DNA of 64,000 nucleotides from Oculina patagonica (Eukaryota): NCBI RefSeq assembly GCF_052425735.1, contig NC_135758.1, positions 2,852,001 to 2,916,000 of the forward strand, read 5' to 3'. Shown piece by piece: positions 13,451 to 24,394 of this stretch (position 1 is its first letter; each line of letters starts with the position of its first letter). The notes under the pieces were generated by a model. It saw only the letters and a program-made list of their open reading frames with translations, ran no database searches and was not told where the DNA came from. The position numbers and the translations under genes were made by a program.

Positions 13451-16400
13451 AAATTTGTGTGTCATTTCAGAAAATTAATAAGCAATATTGGCTTCGAAAA
13501 TTTAAGTTTCAAGCAGCTCGGCTAGCGTTTAATTGGTCACCTAATTTAACGAAACAGAATTGTTTTTTCAGGCTATGAAGCTTCGTTTGATTGCAACGTG
13601 ATCAAAATCTAAATTTCCCTTACATTTTCAATACGTCGTCGAACAGACAGGCGATGAAAATATTGAAAATCATCAACTAGTAAAAATCTTGATGAACCAC
13701 AGAATTCTTAGGCATAACAATGAAGGAAAGTATGGTAGAATTAAGAAGAATTGATCTTTTGATCTAGTGACTGGAAGGCTTGTTAAGTCTTTCCTGGCGA
13801 CGTATACTTCCTCCTGATAAACGCCAAGAGTGTTCGTTTTGGGTCAAAACTCTTGATCTCACAAAAAAACTGAGAACAAACAAATTTTATCTCCCACCTT
13901 ATGCGAATAAACCGCTTGAGCAACGCTTAATAAGCATGTAGGACAATGGCCACAGTGCCACTTTTTATGAGTTCCTTTTTATCTGTGAAGACCTTTCATC
14001 CCGCAAGTAAATAGATGTGATGGACGTTTTGAGTGGAGGGATAATTTTAGTTAGCAGCAATTAAATCTGCGTGTAACGCTAATTGATGGAGATTGTTTTA
14101 CAGCGATGCGAGGTTAGGGTCAATGTACATGTTGAATAAAGTTCGTCTTTGAAATTAAAATAAAAGCAATAGAAAAAAAAATCGTAACTCGCTGTGAAGA
14201 CGGGACGAACATAAAGGAAATTCACACAGATGTTGTGCATTAAACTGTTTTCATTTCAGTCTTTTTTTGTATATTTTTATGTTTACGGAAATTTTGCATA
14301 ACTCACAACCTTTGATAAATTCGAGTCTTCTTTGTATATTGTGTTCCTGGAAGTTGTAACAGCCATTGGGTCGACTCCGACTGAACGAACTTAATTTTAT
14401 TTCACGTTAGAAAACTGCTTTGGATGTGTAATTTCTCTAAGCTTTTCTGTCGAAGGAAATTTAGAAATTTAGATAAACGGAAAATCAGAAAAAAACGGAA
14501 AATAAAGTTTGAGGAGCTCTGTTCATTAGTGTGTCAAAATCATATTAATAACAGAAATCATTAACACAAATCGATCTGAGATGCTGCTATGGGAGACCTT
14601 TGATTTAAGTACTGGTTTCAGAATGATGGTCATATTCTCGATAAACACAGTATATTATAAAGTTTCTTAATTCGTATCTTTGTCCTGCGATGCCTTGTTT
14701 CAAGACAACGCCTGTTACCGCTACAGAGTTGGGGGTGTTGGCAAGGAATTATTGGGTGTGACATTTGTGTCCCTTGTGTATAGTTCTTTTTGTAGAGAGG
14801 GTAGGCTCTGCTTAAAAATAGACTGAGAACGGGCTTTTGGCGATTGCATTTTATTTTATCAAGGCAAGGATATTGTGAAAGTAAAAGAAAAAAAAGAAGT
14901 TGACCAGGAGTTTATTGAGTGTACATTTTGCCAGACGGTTGTGCCTCGTTGTGCCTCGTTATTTCTCTCCTGATTTTAAACGAACCCAACGAAATTAAAT
15001 CAAGTGCATCACCCTACAGGACCCCACTTGGGTGGTGATTTTTCAGTTTCTAAAGATAGCTATGACAGCCCTAGACATGACTGTGCAAGAACAAGAGAGG
15101 ATCAACTTTCCTCTCTTAGCAAGAAACAATCCATTAGACCTTTATTGATAGCTTTACGATTAGCTGGCGTAAGCAGATTCTTTACAATAATGCATGAATA
15201 GCTTTTCTGTCTATTATAAATATAGCTGAAGCGAATATTTTGCAATCAACAAGTAATTGCGCACGTAGCAGATTCTATCTTTGACAAAATGTATCAGGAA
15301 AACACATGTATTCTTTTAACTTACACTCTAATGTTACGTATTTACAGAACTTTCACTTAGTTCATTATTTTTAACGCTAGTTTTCAAACTGAAAGGAGAA
15401 TTTTTAAAAATAAACGGAGCTCAAGACACGTTTTGCTTATTTTTTTTCTAGGAAAATTTACCATGAAAAAGAAAAAAATGTGCACTGGTGTTTTCTGACC
15501 TTTCAAGGGAGAAAAAAAATAACATAAGTGTTCTGCTTCAGTGGTTGCGCTAAACACGGACAGCACGTACCGAAGAAAATATACGTTTTAATTGTTTAAT
15601 ACATTCTTTTTCTTTTGTGGAGTAAAAGAAATATTTTTAGTAAGTCGAACTAATAAGAGAATTACAAAACACCTGTAAGAAACAAATAAAACCTTTTTTA
15701 CGGACGTGGTTCTTGGATAGTGGATAGGTTTTGTCGCGTGGTCTGCGTGCGAAATTCGAAGTGGCCGTGTCAATCAAAGTAATCTAGAAGCACTTGATTG
15801 GTTTCTTAAAATCAGGAGACCGGCTCAAAGTAGGCTCGCGACAAAAATAGCATGGTGCAAACAAGTGCTACGTGTGCAACTAGGACAAGAGTTTTAAATT
15901 CTGTCATAAAAAAAGGAAACGGATCAAGAGTGGAATAAATTTGTAAAATCGCATTCTTAGAGGAGAGGTGGCGAGGGGGAAGGACAGAAATATTGTAAGC
16001 AGCAAAATCAAATGTTTTACATTTTCAGAACTCATTTCAAACAACGAAGGACCCTTCTCACCATGTGCTAAGCAAAACAACTGCTGATCCCCGAATAAAA
16101 GAAAAGTTTCAATTTTTCATTCTTCCTTGGGATAAAGGTAGTTACTATATTTCATATGTTGTTTTCTTCTAAGAGAAACTCGCAATTTTCAAGCTTTAAA
16201 TATATTGATTATCTTTAGTGATGGCAATGATTTTCTGTTAAGGGTAGTTTAGAGAATTTGATCTTTCATCAAAAAATGTCCCCTGTTTGATAAATTTCTT
16301 TAATCTCAACCCAAAATCACAATCTATCCCACTCCACCCTATACCAATTTATGGTAACCTTTTCATGTCACCAGTTCCATGGGTTGTTAAAAACAACGCT

Positions 16401-16551
16401 CCACAATGTCTGGGCGATTGTGAAACCTTTGTGAATAGCCCTCTTGAGTTGACAAGATTTTCTTTAGATTTCAAAACCTTGATTAACCTTGTTTATTCTC
16501 GACTGACTGATATGTGGCACGCACCGTTATATGATCACCTACTTTATCAGG

Positions 16552-16558
16552 TATAAAT
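16552..16558 (+). promoter_or_regulatory. Candidate TATA box of the MACPF gene
   Basis: TATAAAT upstream of a putative non-coding exon ending 16637 (G|GTAAGT); second non-coding exon 17365-17433 (TTTCAG|...|GTAAGT); next acceptor at 19145. Confidence 0.5.
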
Positions 16559-18103
16559 GAGTGAACTTTCCTGGAGTCTTCACTGTTAAATCGATCTTCG
16601 TTCAACAAAGGTCACCCTCTCGAACCCAGCAACTTCGGTAAGTTAAATGAACTGAACAATTTTATTTCAACCAAATAATCATTATACATTTTTCTAACTC
16701 GAAAACTAGCAAACGGGAAATTAATCTTCTTCTCTTCTAGGATATTTTATATTTATATTGAAGATTTCCATTGAATTTTCATATTTTTTCTTGCTAATTA
16801 AAAACGAATTCGTTTAGATTAAGAGTCTCAGAAAAGAAGATATCGTAAATGAGAGACTATATATTACGGATGTGGTTAGAATTCACAGCCTTTCAGAGTC
16901 AAGACTTTTTCGTTTGGAATTGTTATTCTCAGTATTGTAAAGTTTGCATTGATCTAAGCAGCCACACCCCTTGTGAAACATTGTCCAGTTCGGGTTGGTA
17001 GCTCCTAATTTATCCTTTAGCAGCTTATAAAAGAAGAAAATACCTCGATCGGTTTTTCTTTACCAGTTTGCAGCAGTAAAATTAAGTTGGAAGAAATGCT
17101 ATAGCAAGAAAATTTGAATGATGTGGCTGGAAATGTTTTTTCATACATGACTCAAAGGTCCTCAAATCTTGCGAGAGCCAACGCCCCCATCAATATATGA
17201 TCCAGTATACGCCTGCATACGGTAGATTTCTTGGAATTTTGATATTAGCAAATTTAAACCTTTGATTGGCTCGACACAGGCAGTCCCCATAAGATAAGAT
17301 GTATTATTTTAACATGCTCAACTTTCACTGATCTGAAAACGTTTTATGGGTTGTTTACTTTCAGGTCTTCTCGGCTGAGCTGATTTCTTTCTAACGAAGC
17401 TTTCAAAGTCGCTTTCCTGTACCTCATCTTTTGGTAAGTAAGCCATAAGTTATTTCATTTACACGCCGCTTGTTTTAGTCTCGATTTAAACTTTTTAGCT
17501 TAACCGCGCGATCTTTTTTGCTTTATTCACTCATCCAAATTAAAAGCAATTTTTCGGGAACTTAATTAGATAAACAGCCTGTCAGTGAGCTTTGACCCTT
17601 AGCAAAGTAGCAATTAATGATTTCACAATCGCTGGACAGCAATTTTTGCAGAGTGGTATTTTTTGGTTTTTGGTAATTAGTATAATTTCTCTGCATACTA
17701 CTAAACTCATCAAGCTCGTTTAGCCACGTTCTGCGGTAATAAAGTTTTTACGCTTCATTCAAAATATTTAGACAATTCTTGAGTTATGACAGAAAGTCGC
17801 TGTTTATAAAGAATGCCTTTAGACGTTGTTGTCTTTCAATTCTTTGAAGTAGTACTTATCATGATCAAAGGTCAAATCTAATGAATAGCAGATAAACTAT
17901 CCGTGAGCCATTTGAGCAGAATAATTTATAAGTTTAATGTTTTCCTACTTGTCTGGGGTGTCGTTTCGACTTTCTATTTGCACCTAAATGTACTATACCG
18001 ATCAAGAGAATCTTAACAAGATTTTATTTTATCGCCTTTCAATCGTTAAATCAGTTAAGCTTTTTACACACACGTCTCAACGACTGGATTATTTCCTTGT
18101 TGA

Positions 18104-18876
18104 CATAGGCGTACGGGCACCTTCGGACCTGGGGGGGCGGAGACCTAATTGCCCGAAAAAAATGACATGCATGGACAACGAAACGTGCATTGTAATAGTT
18201 GTGTAAAAACCTCAACTTCCTTGCTTGCTTCAAGGAAACGATAGTTCTTTTATCAATGTCGTGGTGTTGCCCGAATATGTCATTGCACTGTATTCTTTTT
18301 CTTCTGAAATATTTTATTTATCCACTCCTTAGTTCAGCAAAAATAAACGTATTTTGAGCAGCCAATTTACAATGTTTTTCTCTCACTTGAAAGTTACGTA
18401 AAATCGTGTCAGGAATAAATGGGTTAAAACATTTCGTTTAAAGTTTTGAGCTAGCCTTAACAGTTTCAAGGTATTACACTGTATCCTCCGCACGCAAACG
18501 CTCGAGCTATGGAGAATCTTAACTTCTGGTTGCCCTCGCCAATTTCCTTCTCACTTCAAAATGATTGCAACTGAATCAAACTACTTAGGGGTTACACAGA
18601 ATTTGCGACAAAAATCGAACGCGATTATAGCAAATTGCAAGAGGAAACGAAAACATACATAAATGAGAAATCAGTTAGACTTTTGAACCACAAGTTATAT
18701 TTCCAATACTTTTTTTTCTGTTGATGTAATTCTTTTTCAACGTAATGTTGAGATTTGTCGGCTTATTTTGTATTTTTTCTTCGGGCTTGTTGCCCGAATT
18801 CCAAGCGTTTTGCCCGAAAAATTTCGGCGCTGGGGGGGCTGCAGCCCCCCTCGCCCCCCTGCCTCGTACGCCTATG
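18104..18876. mobile_element. hAT-type non-autonomous element
   Basis: TIR CATAGGCGTACG / CGTACGCCTATG, perfect 8-bp TSD CTTGTTGA (18096-18103, 18877-18884), subterminal TTGCCCGAA repeats. Confidence 0.9.
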
Positions 18877-19151
18877 CTTGTTGAACAAAATATCGATGAT
18901 TTCCGTTGCAACTTTAGGCATAACTCAAACATCCACTTATGTATGATATTCTCACAGACATAAAAATAGTAATTGGTGAAGAAGTGTTAGCATCTCGAGA
19001 AGACGGCCCTTAAAACTCAATGTCAATTTTTCAACACAAAGTGGATTTAACATCTTGCAACTCTTTATGAACATTTGTTCCGGAAACTAATTTAATTTAA
19101 CTAATTTTTAAAGGAATAAATTATATTTGATTATTTTCCCTTCAGGTCATT

Positions 19152-22100
19152 ATGGCGAGGCTGTCTTTTGTGGTTGTGCTTTTTCTATTTGTTTGTTATG
19201 TGAACTCCACTTCAGTGACAGACCCATTTGTTAAGGATCCACTATCCTGCAAAATAGGTGGTAAGTACGTTTCTTTGTTCACGATGCATTTATTCATTTT
19301 TTTTATTCAGTTAGAGGATGGTGGTGGTGGTGGGGAGTTTTTGAAAGTATCGTCTTTGGTCCAATCACAATAAATTATCAACACTATGTCACAAGCTTGT
19401 CATAGTCGTTGGCGCAGTTAGTCTTGTTCTCTTGTTCTCTTGTTCACTTATTCTCTTGTCATCTCGTTCACTTGTTCTTCTGTTCATTTGTTCTCTTGTT
19501 CACTTATTCTCTTGTTTACTTGCTCACTTGTTTACTCATTCATTTCTTCATTCCCGCACTTGTCTCCTTGCTCCCTTGTTCACTTGTACTCTTGCTCTTT
19601 TGTTCACTTGGTATCTTGTTCCTCTGTTTATTTGTACTCTTACTCTTTTGTTCCCTTATTCTCATTTTCTCTTGTTAACTTGTTCACTTTCCCCCTTTCA
19701 TTTATTCACTTGTTCATTTATTTATTTGTTCGTTTGTTTCCTTGTTCACTTGTCCACTTGTACTTTTACTCTCTTGCTCACTTTGTCCCTTGTTCACTTG
19801 TTCTTTTGATCACAACTTCATTTATTCAGTGGTTCTTGTATTTCCTTGTTCACTTGTTCTATTGTTACTCCTTGTCCCTTATTTTCACATGTTCACTTGC
19901 TCACTTCTTCACTTATTAATTTATTCTCTTGTTCACTTTCTCATTTACTCACTTGTTTTGTACTGTATATCCTTGTTCTTTTCTTCACTCCTTTATTTCT
20001 TCATTCCCGCACTTGTTTCCTTGCTCACTTGTTCATCTGTACTCTTCTTCCCTTGTGCATTTGTACTTTTACTCTCTTGTTCTCTTCCTGTGTTTTATTG
20101 TTTTCTTGTTCTCTTACTCTCTTGTTTACTTGTCCTTTGTTCTCTTGTCTCTTGCTAACTTGTTCTCTTGATCACTAGTTCATTTATTCACTTGTTCTTT
20201 TATTTCCTTTTTCATTTGTTCTCTTGTTAACTTGTATATTCATTCACATGTTAACTTGTTCACTTCTTCACTTATTATCTTGTTCACTTGTTCATTAATT
20301 TACTTGTTCTCTTTTTCATTTATTCACTTGTTTTTTATATCCTTGTTCACTTGTTCTCTTGTTCACTTGTCCACTTCTTCACTTTTTCTCTTGTTTACTT
20401 GATGTTTGTTCACTTTTCACTTATTCTCTTGTATGTTTACTTGTTCATTTACAATCCATAACAAGCTAAATAGTGTACGTAGTGTTAATCTTCTGAAAAT
20501 TAATATAAATCGTTCAATTTGCCTACTTTTGCAGAGTGTGGCGTGAATAAAGTAATTCGTCCACCGAGTACATTTTTCTCAAGAGTCCCTCACCACCTTC
20601 TGGAGTTCTTGAAGCACCAGGTCCCAAATGTTGCGCCACAAAGCCGCACAGAACTGGAATTCAGTGCTGTCTGGCTTTTTGATGAGGAGTTCCACAATAT
20701 TAAGACCACCGACTTCAAGTACATCCCTCAGGGACCTAAAGGACCAACCACTCCATTACTCGACACCAACCATATTGTCAGCCCGACATCTGCAAAGATG
20801 CAAAACTACATTGTGGCACGTAAAATGGACACCAGACACCCCCCAGAAAAGATCATCCACAAACAAGTTACACTCAACGGTGCTCTACGATCTTACAAGC
20901 AAGCCAAATCTATGCTGATGTACACACGCCTGCGCCCAACTGTGGAAGACCATTTGAAGATTTGCCACATGAAAAAGATGTTGAAGTTACCAGTAATTGT
21001 GGTCTACTCCATTCCTAGAAGAAACATAACAACGAAGAATCTGACGCATCTTACTCATCTGAAGAAACTTACACATATGACGCATCTCAAGGATTTGGTT
21101 TACTGTGGCATTCGAATGATCCAGCTCCCACCCAGACTACCCATCACCTTGGCCAAGCCTACCGGAGTGAAAGAAGTCAAACCGATGCCCAACATCGACT
21201 ATATCTTCCATGGCTACAACTTCCTGTATGGCAACCCTATCGTTGACCCAAAACAAGGACGTGACCCAGGTGTCTCTCGCATGCCGATCTTCAAGGCCAC
21301 CTTCGACCGAGGCTTAACAACATCAGATCAAAGGTATTTGATTCCAGACGGCATGTCGTTCCTTAAGGCAGTTAGCTGCAGAGTTGACTTCAGCTCACTC
21401 GAGGATCGCAATGAAAAATCTTACATCGACTCCTTAGCTAACACGGTTGGAGCCGGAGTTAGTTTTCTGGGATTCGGGTTTAAAGCAAGCACGACGGTGC
21501 AACACAAGACCGAAGAACTGAGGAAAGTCAGCTACTCGTACGTCAACACAGAAGCTGTTTGCAGCGTCTACACTGGTGCTGTCTTCATGGATATGCCCCC
21601 TAAACCCTCAGACGAATTTGTTTCTTCGTTGAAAAAGTGTGAGGTAGAACCCACCGATGACAACTTCAGAAAACTGATTGACAACTATGGCACGCACTTC
21701 CTGACTGATGTCGTCATGGGATCCAAATTTGGCGAAGAAAGCAAAATAGTCACTGACCAGTACGAGAAGATGGTGTCCGAGGGAGTCGACGTGGGGACGG
21801 CCGCTGGGTACTCTGGTAGATATGCCGCAGGCGTGACAACAGAGACCTCGTCTGAGAAACAACAAAGGGAAAGGTTCGAGTCAGCCCGCACAAGCAAGAC
21901 CACGTACTCATATGGCTCTAACATTCCTCCTGATGGCGATGCAGATACATGGGCTTCGAAGAGCTCTGATGATCCTATGCCAATCAACATGGACATAACA
22001 GCACTGTCAGAACTCATGACTGAAGAATTCCTTGGTGACACAGGCATCGACTACCAAAAACTGAAGAAACCGCTGATAGACTACTTGACCCAGTACTGCT

Positions 22101-24394
22101 CGAAGCTTGTGGACGAGGGAAAAGCAAAAGACTGCATGCCACCAACAGGTATTTAAGAAAAGCGTTTTTAGTCAGAGTTTTTCCCAGTTGCATGGCCACT
22201 GTTTTGATTCCTTCAGTTTCAATATCTGTTAAACATTTCAGTCATGCCCAAAGGCAAAAAAATAATGCATCTCCTTACTGATTTCCACATATTCTCTCAA
22301 AGGCGCTTTTACAATGTGGTGGTAAATTCATGAATTCGCCCCATACAGTAAAAACCCGCGTATAAGAACACCTATTTTGGCGGTTCAGGCTGATTTGGTT
22401 CTTATATAAAGGGTTATAATCTGCAAAATCAGCCTGTAAGTGTTCTTAAGTGTTCTTAAAAAAAGTTTCTTAAAATAAGGAACATACTAGGCTACCCTAT
22501 ATATGCACACAATTGTATTTTAATTTTAATAAAATTGATAAATCAAGGCAATACTGTACTGTAATTGGGGTGGAACTATTATGTGTGCAATGAAAAGTAG
22601 TGTTGATCTTTGATATTTTTCCATATAAGAACAACTTTCATTTTTCAGGCTGAATGTGTTCTTATATAAATGGTACTTTATTTCCTAAAATCAGGCCTGG
22701 GTGTTCTTAATCCACTTGTTCTTATACGCGGGTTTTTACTGTACTGTGTTGATGCCCGCTTTACAATATACTAGTTATGCAACGCTTTCGAGTGGTATAC
22801 TATGGAATATCCCACGAGTCACTTGTATTTTCTCGGTATACACACGAGCCTTTAGGCGAGTGTGTATACGAAGAAAATACAAGTGACAAGTGGGATATTT
22901 CATAGTATAACACGAGAAAGTGTTGTGTAACTATTTTATACCATGCCATAGAAAATACGCTTACTAAATTTCATTGAGAATAAGATCGCAGCGCACGATG
23001 GGAAGGTTGGGTTGAATACTGTCGAATATACAACGGCTTTCCTGCATTTTGATTGGCTGTATTTTCTATGGCATGGTATAAATATTCATATCAACCATAA
23101 AGAGGAACTAGGTATAGATAATACTTATTGTCGAGAATGAAGGAAAACGCCTAGCAGTCACGGTGGACAAGCGTTAACGACTTTGAGAGGACAATAAGCT
23201 AGAGGACAAAGGGGTCTATCCCTAGCTCTTATTAAACAATACACCTATATGCACCTTTACCAGGTAGAAACCTAATGAAAATATCATATCTTCGAGGATG
23301 AAGCCTACTAGCACAAAAGGGACATTCTCTTTTGTTACGACTGTTACTCTCACTCCGCTTCAAATTTATTATTTATTTTTTAAATGTAATTTGTTATGTA
23401 ATAAATCCTTTATTTATTATTAAATACCCTCTTTCTTTTCTTCCTTGTAGAATTTGCCACCAACGGTCCAGGTCTAAAGAAGTGGGTTACCACAGATAGC
23501 CAAGTCAGTGGCCTTGATATGATCGACCAGAACACCATGGCGATGGTCTACGGCAACAGTAAAAAAGGCTGGAAGCTTTCCATTCGTAAGTTCTCTGAAG
23601 AACTGGCCTCAAAACAGTTGATCGACAAGGACTCGGCCTACGACATGGTGGTCTGCCGCGGCAGTCGTCGTTTGGGTGTTCTCATCACCGACACATATAC
23701 CTATGGCCGCATAGAGATGTACCAGATCAGTGCAGATGGCAAGACCATAACCAAAGAAAAAGACATCGACCTCCTTACCATCGGAATGACAAAGAAGGAC
23801 ATTGGCTTTTTGTTCTACAACAGCCTCAGCTACTACGCCGATGTGAACGGGTTTTTGTTGGCGAAGCAGCAAGCAGATTGGGCCGAGCTGTGGAAGATCG
23901 AGAACATTTGCATCCCTAGTTCACAAGTCACAGCAAGGCGTATCCTGAACCTTAACCCTGGCTGGGCCAATTCTATGAAAACAGCATTCCACCTGAGTGA
24001 CATGTACTTCGCCATGTGTACTCTGTCTGGAGGAGGGATCAGTCACCTCAAGGTCGTAGAAGTGATCAGCGAGAGTACCTACAATGACAGCATCGCCGAC
24101 TTCAAATGGTCAGGCCCTCTGTTCTGCGTCGACTTGGTCAAAGATGACCGAGACACGCTGGTAGCGCTGGGAGCACAAATACAGTACGGCGTGGGGAGCA
24201 GCATGATGTCGGCATTCCGTTGGCTGAAGGAAAAGAAGAAGCTGGAGTTCGGTTCGCACCTGCTGACCGATGATTACCTGAAAGATGGATCCGAGCTGGG
24301 CGTCGTCTCGGTGTATGGCAACATGGTCTACCTCGCAGAGGAAGGCTGGACCGACACCGGGAAGGTCATGGAGTACCAGTTCAGATACGAGTAA
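19152..24394 (+). CDS. Secreted MACPF (perforin-like) protein with N-terminal deaminase-like domain and C-terminal probable beta-propeller, 888 aa
   Basis: Exons 19152-19260, 20535-22148, 23451-24394 with two phase-1 GT-AG introns; signal peptide MARLSFVVVLFLFVCYVNS; MACPF signature YGTHFLTDVVMGS plus GYNFLYGNP..DPG..PIF and DPMPI; ATTAAA at 24430. Confidence 0.9.
19420..20450. repeat. Degenerate (TTGTTCAC/TTGTTCTC)n low-complexity array in MACPF intron
   Basis: About 1 kb pyrimidine-rich 8-mer array; TTTCTTCATTCCCGCACTTGT recurs at ~19543 and ~19996. Confidence 0.9.
22346..22741. mobile_element. Tc1/mariner-pogo-type MITE
   Basis: Perfect TIR CAGTAAAAACCCGCGTATAAGAAC with TA on both sides. 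Confidence 0.88.
22772..23082. mobile_element. Fold-back non-autonomous element (A..A'B'..B layout)
   Basis: Hairpin 22772-22933 centred on CGAGCCTTTAGGCGAG (22845-22860); 22935-22958 is an inverted repeat of 23059-23082. Confidence 0.75.

Noticed and set aside
19409-20178. Multiple overlapping Cys/Leu/Phe-rich ORFs
   Set aside because: Artefacts of the stop-poor TTGTTCAC array inside an intron
20519-22156. 545-aa and 291-aa (23519-24394) ORFs as separate genes
   Set aside because: Splice sites and phases join them with the signal-peptide exon into one CDS
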